Source of the DNA: Naegleria gruberi
Taxonomy: Eukaryota
DNA: 64,000 bases
Reading direction: 5' to 3' (one strand)
NCBI GenBank assembly: GCA_000004985.1
Contig: GG738861.1
Part shown: one piece after another, positions 21,614-33,300 of the stretch
Layout of the letters: each line of letters starts with the position of its first letter
How positions within the stretch are numbered: the first letter of the stretch is position 1
Program-made: the position numbers and the translations under genes
The notes under the pieces: model-generated
Database searches by the model: none
The model's input: the letters and a program-made list of their open reading frames with translations, nothing else
What the model was told of the DNA's origin: nothing

Positions 21614-23006
21614 TTATTGGTCTGAGGCAGTTGTTTCAACAGTTGCTGCTTGTTCAGGGTCGGAACTTTGAATATTAAGAATGTTTTGAAGCATTGCCTT
21701 GTCATACTCATCATGGAGAGTCAAAACTTCGCAACCAATTAAGCAATTTTCGGTCATTGTTTCCTTATCTGTGGCTCGTATTCTGATGGTATGTTCGAAC
21801 TGTGCATTCACACAACCATCTTTTGCAGTGATGGTCCATGAGTCAGATTTCCAAGTTTTACTCTTTGTGGAGCCAGTTAAGATAACTGGTTCAATTGTAA
21901 AGACCATGCCTGGTTTCATCTTGTCAGATCCAACAAAATCTTTTCCGTATTTGTTTTTGACCATTACAATTTGTGGCAGTCCGTGGAATTCTCGTCCAAT
22001 ACCATGTCCAACATAGTCTGGACTGGATTTGAATGAAGTGCCATGAGTTTCATTGAATTTAGACAAGTATTTGTCAATTGCACATCCAATTTCTATATTT
22101 TCATAAATATTCATTAGAAATGATTCACACAGCAGAGTATAAACTTACTGTAGAGAGGAACTCCTGGTCCACAAACTTTGATGCCTTCCCATAATGCTTC
22201 TCTCGTTGCCTGAATCAATAATTTATATTCATTCTTGATTGGTTGATCTGGTTTTTCCTCATTTTCTCCAACAATAAATGTCTTACTGGTATCACCATGA
22301 AATCCATCCAAATAAACAGTAATATCCAAATTAATTAAATCAGAATACTTCAATGCTCTAGTATTTGGAATACCGTGCACGAGAATTTCATTAATTGATG
22401 TACACAAAGATTTTGGAAATTTGTTATATCTCAAAGGTGATGGATAAGCTCCATTCTCAATCTTTTTCAAAATAATATTTTGGTCAATTACTCCAAAAAC
22501 CACACAAATAATCAAATACTCACAATATAATTAAACACCTTTTCATCAATTTCCTCCGTTGTCACTCCTTCCTTTACCAAACTTCCTGCATATCGTAAAA
22601 CCTCTCCAGCCAACTTAGTTACTCTCCTAATACTATTCACATCTTGTTCATCGTTGTGTATTTCCAATTTCATTGAATAATCCCACGACTCCTTATCAAA
22701 ATATGGAGGTACTTTAATTTTCTCTGTATCCACCTCTCGGAATGAATTAACAACTTCATAGGCTCCCTCTTCCATCCTATCGGGAGTAAAATAGGGTGAT
22801 GAAGTTTTCAAAAAATCAGATGGTGATACTTTACTAGTCGTTGATTTTTGCAAACATGATGACTTTCCAACAATGGCAGCAATAAATTGATTCTTATTTA
22901 CTTTCCGAGTAGTGGTAGCAGCTGCACGAAAAAATAAATTAGTAAATTGTGCTGCTGGCGAGCGAATCTTAACTTTGTGCATTTTTTTTAAAGTTTTTTT
23001 ATACAA
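21614..23006 (-). CDS. Methionine aminopeptidase type 1 (MetAP1) with an N-terminal presequence-like extension. Three exons at about 22524..23006, 22149..22461 and 21614..22092.
   Basis: Exon 1 ends ...TTEEIDEKVFNYI before a GTGAGT donor. Exon 2 encodes IENGAYPSPLRYNKFPKSLCTSINEILVHGIPN...DITVYLDGFHGDTSKTF.... Exon 3 encodes IGCAIDKYL...YVGHGIGREFHG...MKPGMVFTIEPVI...DSWTITAKDGCVNAQFEHTIRI. The metal ligands D, D, H, E, E are in context. The N-terminus MHKVKIRSPAAQFTNLFFRAAATTTRK looks like an organellar targeting peptide. Confidence 0.8.
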
Positions 23007-23160
23007 TTTTCAAAAGTTATTATTTTATTACTGTGTTAATAACTATTGTAAACTATTAGTATACTAGGAATGGAATTGGATTTCCAAAAAGTTGACAATT
23101 ACTATTTTGGATATGATGTCAAGTAGCTTGCCTTGTACAAAACGTAAAAAAAAATATTGA

Positions 23161-24412
23161 ATGAAGAGCTTTTCTGTTCTTTTGCTTTTTGCAATTGTCT
23201 TTGCTTTGTATTTATGCAGCGAACAAGTTGGAGCCTCCGCCTCACTCTCAGTGCATACACTTTCGTCCAAAATTCTTGCCAATGAGAAAGTAAAAGAAAA
23301 GATTATTCATCTGCCAGAATTTTCCATCTTCTCCTCCTTCCTTCCTGCTGACTATGATAATGGAAATAATGGAACACCAGGTGATGGAATAACACAATTG
23401 ACTGTCCTGGCTGGGTATATTGCAATTATCTTGTCGATTTGTCTCATTATCTTGCCAATGATTGTGAGTTGTGGAGCTTTGTGGGTTTTCGTATGTTGTT
23501 TGTATCCGTCTGCTTCCGCAATTGCTTTAGAACCTGAAGAAGAAATGGACGAAAGTAGTTTTATGAACATGCCACGAGTCACTCTTGACAGTGGTTGGTA
23601 TACAAGAATTCAGAATAGATTGTTTGATGTTAAATTTGTTGATTGTCTTATGGTTTTGTTCTGGGCCGTCACCTGGTTGTTAAGGTTTGTGTATTATTAA
23701 TTACTTTATTCTAATGGATTGAAAAATTAGAAAGTTAACTTGTGGATTCTTTGATAGTTTATTCATTTTGGTAATAACCAAATTTCATGTTAGAAGAATG
23801 GTGATTGGTAATAGAAAATTGGATATGGACAGTTCAGATGCATGTTGTACCATTCCAATTATTCACTTTTTGAATAATTTGTGTAATTTTTATACTTGTG
23901 GTTTATGGAGAGCTTTGGGTCTCACTCACAGATTCTACTTTTCCAAGATTGATAAGAGAATTTTTTGGAAACCAATAGAGGAAGACTTGGACATGGACAG
24001 AAGAGTAGTTTGGCACAACTATTCCAATAATCAACCATTCAAATGGTTTAGTATTTATTGTGGAACTAATACTGAGCTTACCTATTGGTTCTTGAAAATT
24101 GTGAATGCTTGTACCCTTTTCACCCTTGGTCCTTTCATTGAAGCTTGGTATATTAGACAAAAGGTCATGTATGCCAAGTTTGGTGGTAGAGGATCCTTTG
24201 CAGTTTACAATAATGGTAACTTGGAAGGTTTTGTTACCAATTCACCAAACGTGTTGAGATATACTAGTCAATTGGATGGATGTTCATATCTTGTAAGAGT
24301 TTGGATGTTTAGAATAGCCAATGTCCTTACTTTTGGTATCTTTGGATGTATCTTTGGAGAGTCTTTCATTCTTTCATTTATTGATGAACACTTGAACATG
24401 TTAATTGTTTAG
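23161..24412 (+). CDS. Hypothetical signal-peptide/membrane protein. ORF segments 23161..23700 and 23768..24412 are probably joined by a ~109-nt intron at about 23685..23793.
   Basis: N-terminal signal peptide MKSFSVLLLFAIVFALYLCSEQVGASA and a TM helix LAGYIAIILSICLIILPMIV. A GTTTGT donor after ...VTWLL(R) and a catgttag acceptor give phase-correct joining to RMVIGNRKLDMD.... The downstream part has several hydrophobic segments and a Cys-rich stretch. No family assigned. Confidence 0.4.
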
Positions 24413-24478
24413 AGAATTGGATTGATTCACAATCTCTCGTACCTAGATTAAAATAAATAATTGACAATATTTACATAT

Positions 24479-25906
24479 TTACAAGTCTGTTTCTTGCTCA
24501 TCGTCTGAAAGTGTTGGAATGGGCTTGAGCTTTCTCCTTTTCCTTTCCAAAAGTTTTTCTCCATTGCTATAAGTTACTTCACCCATATATTTATCTGCTT
24601 TATCCATTAGTGTATCAATTTCATGCTTTTCAAAATCCAATTTTAAAAAGTTCCAAACTGGTATATCCTTAGAAGAGGAATCGTGAGATATTGGTAGTGA
24701 AACATAGATCAGTTGAACAGAGTGCCCATACTTTGAATAGGACAAGACATATTCTCGTAGTATTTCAGAGATTTTGAAATACATCAATGGTTTGTAAAAC
24801 AAGTCAGATTTCCTCGAAAGACCCAAAGCTCCAAATCTTCCCTTAAATCGAACAACACAAACTATATGTCTGTAAACTCTCTGGGTCATTGTTGTTTGAA
24901 AAAAGACACTAAACCTGTCAACATCTTCAAAATCTTGTGTACAAAAAAGGGAGAGAAAAGTACCCTCAACGCATCTAATTGGAAGGCAATCACTGACAAC
25001 TTCCTTTGCCGTCTGAATGATACTCTTCAAGGGTCTCAATCTTGTGATATCAAAAAAGTGTTGCTCTATATAGTTATACTCGAAAGCTGATATAAAATTC
25101 TGGATTTTCAATAATTTGGTGAACATGCTTTGGTTCTTGTCAGATAAATTTGGATATTTAGGCCTAGGAACCTCTGGAAGATCGGTATATGGATGATTTT
25201 GAAAAGGGTTTACAATCAATTCCTTATGAACTGTTAAATCTTGATTCGTCTCTTTGAACAATAACTTGATTAAATTCTCCTTAGATTTTCTTGGTGAAGC
25301 TAATTGATAACAATCATCGTCCTCCTCTTCCAGCATTGAAGTATGAGTCGGAGATACCTGATGAGTATTGAGCAGTGTTGGCCTCTGTTTAACTTGTTTT
25401 GTTGTTTTCCTAGATGTTGAGCTACTTGGGGTTGGAAGTGAGGAATTCAAATTCCTTTGAGAATTAAAATTTGATCTTGATCGTCTGTGGTTGGGAGAAA
25501 TTGGTTGATTCGTAACCATTACATCCAAAAATCGATGAGAAGTCGAATGGGATCTCTTTGAAAGAGCAGTAGAAACTAATTGCTGATCCGAAGAGTCATT
25601 CTTCTTAATTCTTTTTCTCTCCGGTGAAGATCCTCCAATTTTCGGAAGTAACCCATGGCATTCCTTACTCTTCTTTAAAGGGGAAGTAGAGCTTGAATTT
25701 CCTTGCTGATGATTTGTCTGCTGCACTTGTTGCGAATGATGAGGATCAGCTTGTTTTTGTTGATTAATACAATGCTGATGAGGATGTGGTGATGCTGATG
25801 CCAAACACTGTTGTATGGCCTTAACAGTCGAAGATCCCTCCGAAGAAAATCGATTCTGTTGGTGCTGCTGATGAACCTGCGAATTGGGTCGTAAGGTCTT
25901 TTGCAT
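24479..25906 (-). CDS. Vasohibin-like protein, a candidate tubulin tyrosine carboxypeptidase of the transglutaminase-like cysteine protease family, with a low-complexity S/Q/H-rich N-terminal half.
   Basis: The C-terminal ~200 aa aligns with the vasohibin catalytic core. IRCVEGTFLSLFCTQD matches vertebrate KCCEAVILGIYLTN around the catalytic Cys. RHIVCVVRFKGRFGALGLSRKSDLFYKPLMYFKISEILREYVLSYSKYGHSVQLIYVSLPISHD matches RHIVLGVNFAGRYGALGMSRREDLMYKPPAFRTLSELV...VSHD, covering the His and Ser region. Confidence 0.65.
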   Translation of the reverse strand: MQKTLRPNSQVHQQHQQNRFSSEGSSTVKAIQQCLASASPHPHQHCINQQKQADPHHSQQVQQTNHQQGNSSSTSPLKKSKECHGLLPKIGGSSPERKRIKKNDSSDQQLVSTALSKRSHSTSHRFLDVMVTNQPISPNHRRSRSNFNSQRNLNSSLPTPSSSTSRKTTKQVKQRPTLLNTHQVSPTHTSMLEEEDDDCYQLASPRKSKENLIKLLFKETNQDLTVHKELIVNPFQNHPYTDLPEVPRPKYPNLSDKNQSMFTKLLKIQNFISAFEYNYIEQHFFDITRLRPLKSIIQTAKEVVSDCLPIRCVEGTFLSLFCTQDFEDVDRFSVFFQTTMTQRVYRHIVCVVRFKGRFGALGLSRKSDLFYKPLMYFKISEILREYVLSYSKYGHSVQLIYVSLPISHDSSSKDIPVWNFLKLDFEKHEIDTLMDKADKYMGEVTYSNGEKLLERKRRKLKPIPTLSDDEQETDL

Positions 25907-26073
25907 TAATTTTTTTTTGTGTTGTTTTTAAAAAAACCGTTAGAAAATTACGGCGTACGTTAAGCAATTAAGGAGTTGTAATGACCATTTCGAAAGGTTG
26001 GAATGTCTTTTCGTCAGGAAGCATGTTTGTGTCCATATTCAAAGTCCTGCAGAACTTTTTGGTTTTCTTTTAT

Positions 26074-28050
26074 TTATTTGGTCAACTGAAAATTGAAAGC
26101 ATTTTCACAGGTTGTCTTACTACATACTGACCTGACTTGATCCTCAAAGAATTGATCACAATCAACAATGAGTAAATTCTTATCCTTACTAATCAATGGT
26201 GATGTATTGGTACTATTCAGTGGTGCAAATTCAATGGAAAGGAAATTGAAACAATCGTCACAACTTCTCTTTTCCTCTTTTTCCTTCCTCTTGACCTTTT
26301 TAGAGCTGCACAAATTGCAGAAAATCTTTCCACAAAATCTGCAATGATGTCTTCGATTGATGAGTGTGAATTTGGTGTTGCATTTCATACAGGTTTTTGT
26401 TTCGTCATCTTTAAGGTAGGATTGTGCTGGATTCAATTTTGTAATGATAGAGATGTACTTTTCATTGGCCTTTCCTTGGATTACTTGACCTGTCACGTGT
26501 AAAGTATACAGTTCAGTAAGGAGTGGAAAATCCCACAATGTGTCAATCACTGTTTGACGATAATCTGTATGAGTTAATAATTTGGAAACAAGCTCATCAC
26601 TGTCTTGTTCTCTAAAGCATGTAATAATTGTTTGGAAGAGAATGAATTTGGCATCATCTGTTTCAAGTGAGAAGGTTTTGGTTTTTCCTTCCTTGGAGAA
26701 AAAGAAACTAATCCATTCGAATAATAATTGATAGCGAGGAGTTGAGGGAGAATTATTCATTGCCACCTCTGCCAAGGTTAAACTTGTAGTCATGTGACTG
26801 TCTTCAGCAAGAGCTCCAAATCTAATGGCATGAACAAAGAATAATGAGCTCTTCATAGAGTAAAGAGAGCTGGATTTTGGATTATTTTCAATTAAATGAT
26901 CTATCTCTGCAATCAATTCATTCATTTCCTTATTACTCTTATCCAAATTGAGTTCATTATCAAGAATCCACTTTCTAAAATGACATTCCAGTTTTCTCTC
27001 CAAATAATGAATGTTATTTCTCGATATATTTGCTGCTTGAGTGAAATAATGCAAAGCACATGCTAATAATGTTGCCTCACCTGGATAGTGCAACTTGTAG
27101 AAGGATTGTCTGTACAATTCGTAATAAATTTCTCCAGTCAAGAATGAAACTATTGGGTGCGAGTCTGAATATTCCTTCTTAATATCCAAAATGGCTGCGA
27201 GCGCTTTTTCGTATTGTTTCTGTTCAAATAGTTTTTGACTTTCAATCCAAATATCAACAACAGTTCTATTGTGAATATTGGAACTAAGTGAACTCAACAA
27301 GGACCAATACTGATGAGAATCCAAATTGACCATTTGAAAGAGGAATAAAGTAAGAATTTCGTATAAATCTGGTTTTTCCACATTAATCAAACTCTTCAAA
27401 GTTGGTACAATTGAGTGAATAAGCAATTCATTCGATCCAAGAGGTAGATTTTCTATTGTATCCATTACTTGTCTTACCTCATCAAAGTGTTGAGGAATAT
27501 TTGGTAAATCCAAATAAATTGCCACCAGCTCCAATAATAACATGATCAATCTTTCGGCAACTTTCGAATCATTTCCAATAGATACAGGAAACACTCTCAA
27601 ATTCACCACTCCATCATCCATCCTTTCAATAATCATCGTTTCCCTACCCACAAGTCCTGAATTCTTTGAAAATAAATAAATCAACTGCCAACACAATGTC
27701 ATGACATCCTTCTCATTCAATAATTTGGCAAATTTCCATTCGGTTGATGAAAATGATTCTCCCTGAATTTGTTCTATGAAATTCACATAAGTTTTGAATG
27801 AATTCTTCAGTTTGCTATAATAATAATATTCATTCTCTTGTTCATTGTGTAAACATTCGTCCACTTTCAAAATTAAATCACCTTCTGGGAAGGAAACTAA
27901 TCGGGTGTTGGATTTTACAACGAAATACGATTCTCCGTCACTTGATTTACACAAGAAGAGTTTGGTATTTGGTGTGGTGTGAAGATTTTCAGTTGTGAAA
28001 AAATCGCAACCAATACTCCTTTCCACAGCTGCCAGTAAATCTTCTGACAT
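26074..28050 (-). CDS. FYVE zinc-finger protein of 658 aa: a large N-terminal helical domain plus a C-terminal FYVE finger.
   Basis: C-terminal ...CMKCNTKFTLINRRHHCRFCGKIFCNLCSS... carries the R(R/K)HHCR and (R)CG FYVE signatures. The upstream ~550 aa are helical and repeat-like. Confidence 0.7.
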   Translation of the reverse strand: MSEDLLAAVERSIGCDFFTTENLHTTPNTKLFLCKSSDGESYFVVKSNTRLVSFPEGDLILKVDECLHNEQENEYYYYSKLKNSFKTYVNFIEQIQGESFSSTEWKFAKLLNEKDVMTLCWQLIYLFSKNSGLVGRETMIIERMDDGVVNLRVFPVSIGNDSKVAERLIMLLLELVAIYLDLPNIPQHFDEVRQVMDTIENLPLGSNELLIHSIVPTLKSLINVEKPDLYEILTLFLFQMVNLDSHQYWSLLSSLSSNIHNRTVVDIWIESQKLFEQKQYEKALAAILDIKKEYSDSHPIVSFLTGEIYYELYRQSFYKLHYPGEATLLACALHYFTQAANISRNNIHYLERKLECHFRKWILDNELNLDKSNKEMNELIAEIDHLIENNPKSSSLYSMKSSLFFVHAIRFGALAEDSHMTTSLTLAEVAMNNSPSTPRYQLLFEWISFFFSKEGKTKTFSLETDDAKFILFQTIITCFREQDSDELVSKLLTHTDYRQTVIDTLWDFPLLTELYTLHVTGQVIQGKANEKYISIITKLNPAQSYLKDDETKTCMKCNTKFTLINRRHHCRFCGKIFCNLCSSKKVKRKEKEEKRSCDDCFNFLSIEFAPLNSTNTSPLISKDKNLLIVDCDQFFEDQVRSVCSKTTCENAFNFQLTK

Positions 28051-28285
28051 TTTTTTTGATTATTGACAGTTACAAGTGTTCAATCCTTTTTCAACATGAT
28101 TTAATGATGTAACACTAATTAATATCATTACAATTGTCCGTCAATACAATAAACGTTTGGTACCTTAATTATAACTTCCTTTCATCAAACACTTGACAAT
28201 GCTTTTAATATTTAATTTATTGTAAACTATTTAAATCCTTTGTAAACCAATTTCTTGTTTGTAATTCCTCCGAGTCAAAAAAAAA

Positions 28286-29488
28286 ATGGAATCACAACCA
28301 AAGAAGAGGAAATTCAACAACTCTGAAAATGACTCTGTAAAAATAATACTCTCAGACAATGATCCTCCCAATGAAATGCACCTACCAATGATGAATCATC
28401 TCTTATCGGGATTGAAAAAACAATTACGAGGAAGTAAGGTAAAGAAATTTGTTACTGATTTCCTTCCGACCAATTCCATTCTCATTAGCGATCCAAATTT
28501 TAATTTTAATTATTGGAGTGTGATGATGATTGTTTATTGTTGTTCAATGGGGCAGCTATTTGTTGGAAAGGATGATTGTATTTATGTATTTAATTTGCAA
28601 AGTGGGTTGATGGAGAGGACTATTAGTTTAAATAGAGAAGATTTTGAAGAGTTTCGTTCGTTTCAGGTGGATGACGAAGGGGAGCATATTTATTTATTTC
28701 GTAAACATTTATTGACAAAGAAGAAACTTGACGATTCATTGACTCTGGTGTGGAATGTTGATATTGTAAGCCCCAATTCAAAATTAAGACATGAATATGA
28801 TATGTATTATTATAGATCAAAGAATGAAATTTACATGTACAGGCAAGATTTCAGGAATAATAGAATGGATATTCGAGTAATTAATGCCAAAGATGGATCG
28901 ATTAAGAGAAATATGACAATAGAATTCGATTCACGATTGTATTTTGTAGATGTAGCATCTAAATCCACAAAGATGTTTTGTGATGAAAAAGAAGAGCAAT
29001 TATATTTCGTTGTTAGAGTGGGACTTTTTGATAACGACGAAGTATCAGATGAGCACTGGATCGCTATCTGGGACGAAAAATCAAACAAAGTAAGCCTCAT
29101 TGAGATCGATTATGAAATTGATTTTATTGCAACTCCAGCTGATGCCACCTATTTCGTGTGTTATAGTGATATGATAGGATATGTCTATGACAAGAAAACG
29201 AACTCTTTACTAATTTCATTCCCTCCAATTTCAGATCCTATTTTGCATTTTGAAAACTGTTCTCAGACATTTTTTCTTTCAGATACGTCATCAGTACCTA
29301 ACTCAATTAGAGTAGAGAAATTGGAAATATCAACAAGTATTATCGATACTCCATTGAAGAATGAAACATGTAAGGAAATTGAGCGATTGGGTAAATTGCC
29401 ATTAATTATCCACCAAAATAAGAATGGAGAATTGCCAGATTGTGTGATCTATTTAACAAGTATTGAATTTGTAGATTGTAAATTATAG
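28286..29488 (+). CDS. Hypothetical 400-aa protein. It is in the same frame as the next ORF and separated from it only by a TAG codon.
   Basis: ATG start. No recognisable motif. The sequence is rich in aromatic and beta-strand-like segments. Confidence 0.35.
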   Translation: MESQPKKRKFNNSENDSVKIILSDNDPPNEMHLPMMNHLLSGLKKQLRGSKVKKFVTDFLPTNSILISDPNFNFNYWSVMMIVYCCSMGQLFVGKDDCIYVFNLQSGLMERTISLNREDFEEFRSFQVDDEGEHIYLFRKHLLTKKKLDDSLTLVWNVDIVSPNSKLRHEYDMYYYRSKNEIYMYRQDFRNNRMDIRVINAKDGSIKRNMTIEFDSRLYFVDVASKSTKMFCDEKEEQLYFVVRVGLFDNDEVSDEHWIAIWDEKSNKVSLIEIDYEIDFIATPADATYFVCYSDMIGYVYDKKTNSLLISFPPISDPILHFENCSQTFFLSDTSSVPNSIRVEKLEISTSIIDTPLKNETCKEIERLGKLPLIIHQNKNGELPDCVIYLTSIEFVDCKL

Positions 29489-29548
29489 TATACAGACAGT
29501 TCAACACCCAAGTATTTTTCTTTTGAAACACATGACACTGAGGAGGGG

Positions 29549-30106
29549 ATGATAGAAAAGTGGGTTGGTGAAAATGACATTATTGTGATTGGAGGTTTTG
29601 CTGGTCCTGAGCTTGATTATAACTGTTTTGCAGCATGTCTCTATGTAAAGAAATCAGAGGTATTCAGTGTGTCGGATGGAGATTTTCAAGTCCATCTTTG
29701 TGGTTCGCTTATTAAGGATAATAGCACCAAAGTTACAACCAAGACATTTACGCTCTCTGAATTATTATCGAAAGTGAAAGTAGTGGAATATGTTGAATTT
29801 GATGATGGAAATTTAATTTATTTGATTGATTTCGAACAGATTTATTTCGATTTGTTGCAAAACCAAATTATTAATCGAGAAACAAGAGAAATTGATCAGA
29901 AAATACTTGCAGAATCATATAGGGGGATTTATTGTGGATTTAATAAGAAATATGAACGTTTGGGAAAATATTTTAAATATTGGACGATTAAATTCGACAA
30001 TACCTGTTACAAAATGATAGATCTAATTGTATTGTCAGATTATTGCTCAAGGTATTGCTTTGTACATATTGACATTGAAGAGTGTGTGGAGAGTTATTAT
30101 ACTTAG
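29549..30106 (+). CDS. Hypothetical 185-aa protein. It may be the C-terminal part of the preceding gene.
   Basis: ATG at 29549. The 60 nt between the TAG at 29486-29488 and this ATG are open in the same frame as ORF 28286..29488. No domain recognised. Confidence 0.3.
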   Translation: MIEKWVGENDIIVIGGFAGPELDYNCFAACLYVKKSEVFSVSDGDFQVHLCGSLIKDNSTKVTTKTFTLSELLSKVKVVEYVEFDDGNLIYLIDFEQIYFDLLQNQIINRETREIDQKILAESYRGIYCGFNKKYERLGKYFKYWTIKFDNTCYKMIDLIVLSDYCSRYCFVHIDIEECVESYYT

Positions 30107-30328
30107 TGTTGAATAGTTGTAAAACCAAATGAATGAAACAATTAGATATGGACAAATTGACCAATTGCAGAAGGAAGTTTAACTTGCCTTAATATCCAGG
30201 TTTATCAATAGACAATTCTTGTTGTGTCAAGTCAACTCCATTTTGGAAAGTCAATTAATTGTTAGAAGTACTAAGAATCTAAATTTAACTTCGAAAAGGA
30301 AAAAGGAAATTAAAGAAACATTAAAAAA

Positions 30329-33300
30329 ATGCAACCATTCGAGCAATGTAAAATATTGGAGGTTTTTCTTCCTGATCCGATCAATCAATTCCTCACAAAG
30401 GAGAAGAAGAATAGTGATCGGGATGAAAAATTTGAATTATTACACGATCATGAATTATTACAAATAATTGAATATTATTTTGTAGTGAGTTTAAAGAGGG
30501 AGGATATTAAAAATCAATTGGAAACCAGTTTATTATCGACAATGATTTCATCTTTATCGGGTGGATCAGAAAATCAAACACAAAATATGGTGAAAATTTT
30601 GGAGAGTTTTGCTGCTGTCTCTCAATTCTTTTTGGAGATTATTAAGAAACAATATGATGGATATGCAGGTGTGGATACATCAGATATGTTACCTGAGGAG
30701 ATTCCACGTTTGATCAGATTGGCAAAATATCTTGAATTGAAAGATTGTAAAGAGTTTATTGCATTTTCATATATCTTTACTTGTCAATCAAGCAATTTAT
30801 TGGCAGAAGTGGTTTTGTCTAGATCATCGAAAAATAATTCTGGAATGAGTAATATAATGACTATTGCTACCATGTCTATAATTGCAGAGATGAGTACTCT
30901 TGAAACTTTGAGTTTTCTGAGTCCTAATAGAGAACACATCCAACAGGGAATTATTATCATTGACTCTGGTTTTAGAGATAGTCTTTCAGTTAATATTCTC
31001 AAAATGCCAAGAGAATGTATCAATGCACTGGTGAAGTGTCCATTAACTCCAGAGGAATTTCTCAAAATTGACAAGACTAAATTGGCAGATGTATTGCTTG
31101 AGGAAAGTACATTTGAATTACCAGGTATAAAATCAGTCACAAAACAAAAAGGTTTGGAGAGTAGTGAAGATGGGAATGAGGAAGATCTGGAGGATATTGA
31201 AATTGACGATGATGAAATTGAAAGAGAATTAGCTCTATTAGAAAATGGAAAGGAGGGTACAACAGATAATAATTTCAATGTTTATGAATTCATTCAAAAA
31301 GACAAATCAGATCCAAAGGCAATAGTTCCACCAAAGAAGCCTCTAACCTCAAATATTGAAGTCTCAAATTCTGAGGACTTTCTATCTCCTTACAAAAATG
31401 ATATAGAATATCTGGACGATAGATTTAAATATCTTTGCCAAAAAATCAGACTTAGAAATGTAGAACTAGATAAAATGTCTGAAGAAAATGAGGATGCAGG
31501 ATTTAAAATTACAAGAGATAGAAGTCATGAAAGTATTATAAGAGAATTGAAAGGAAAATGTCGTCTTCTCTTAAATAAGATTGAGAAGAGATCAGAACAA
31601 ACCAAGAATAACTTTATTCCAAGATTAGAAAAGTTGGCAGCCATTAGAGGACTGGATGAATTTGAAAAATGGATTTTGACAATGTCTGCAGCCACAATCA
31701 TATGTCTTGAGGTGACAATGGCAGCAAATGCCACCAATCACAGAGCAAACTTTTCAAGAGGATTTACTGTTGGCTATCTCCTTTGGATTTTATGTGATGA
31801 TTTGGAACAGAGAATGGCATGTCGTTCCTATTTCTACAAGAAGTCCAAATTGATTTTGGATGGTATGATTAGATTGAGTGACAAAATGAGTGATGATCTG
31901 ATGGAATGTTATGTAGATATGGACAGAAGAATGTTAGATTATTTATGCAATATGGACTTTGAATTTTCACAGGTTGTGGAAGGTTCTCATCTCTTCTTCC
32001 CCAAAGTGAAATTAGAAAATGTTGTTTTACCTGACTCTCAAAAATCATTAATTGTTGACACTGTTGCCAATTATGAAAGATTCAAAAAAGCCAGATTACA
32101 ATTAGGTTTTGAAGATATCATTTCGTACGGTAATTCAATTGTCATAATGTTCTACGGAGAATCTGGAACAGGAAAGACAATGATGGCAAATGCCTTAGCA
32201 AATCATCTCAACCAAAAACTGCTGCTTGTTAATTTTTCCAACATGACTGAACAGAAGGGAGAAGTTATGAAATACGTATTTAGAGAATCAAAGATTAATA
32301 ATGCCCTTCTCTTCTTTGATGAGTGTGAATCCTTTTTCGAATCTAGAAAACGATCAAACTCTGACGTTACAGCTCTACTCACAGAGATTGAAAAATTTGA
32401 TGGCTTGATTATATTGGCCACCAACAAACAATATGAATTGGATGAAGCCATGCATAGGAGAATCACATTGGCCATTGAGTTTAAAGCTCCTGATCCATTG
32501 TTGAGAAGGCAAATTTGGGAGAAGCACATACCTCCTCAAGCCAATTTCGCAAATGTAGATTGGGAAAGTCTTTCTCAAGATTTTGAACTCACTGGTGGCT
32601 TGATTAAGAATGCAATTTTGAGTGCTCTCACTTTTGCCATTTCAAGAGACTCTGAAAATCCTGTCATTACTCATAATGACCTCGTAAAAGCATGTCAATT
32701 ACAACTAAAGGGTCATCTCAAAATGGGAGAATTCGAAAAGAAGATTATTCCAAAAAGAGGACTACCAGATCTCATTCTTTCAGAGAGCTTGAAAAATCAA
32801 GTTAAGGAAGTTATTCAATTTGAAAAGTCTAGGAAAATTTTGTTCAATTTATGGGGATTTGACTCTTCTCTGTTTAAAAAGCAGGGTACAACTTGTTTAA
32901 TTGTTGGACATGGAACAGGAATTGGAAAATCACTTTGTGCTGAGGTTATTTCTTATGAAATTGGAAAGGCCATGAAAGTTGTTGATATTAATGAATTATT
33001 GACCAAATACAGCTTCCACACAACCAAGAATGTTGAAGCCCTCTTTAAAGAATGTAAAGAGCTCGATGCAATTCTTGTATTGGAAATGAGCACAGATGAT
33101 TCCTCAGGCAATCAATTTGACAAGTCAATCAAAATTTTATTGAATCACTTGGAACACTACGAAGGTGCTGTCATTGTCATTACATCCTCACTTACTTGCC
33201 TCGATAGTTCATTAATAAGAAGATTTAAATTTGTCTTGAACTTACCTTCGCCATCCCTCACTGAGAGAAAACAAATGTGGCAAAGACTCATTCCAGAAAA

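Noticed and set aside
30219-30467. 82-aa ORF overlapping the start of the AAA ATPase gene.
   Set aside because: It is an out-of-frame read of the same region and is low-complexity and basic. The AAA ORF gives a long coherent protein.
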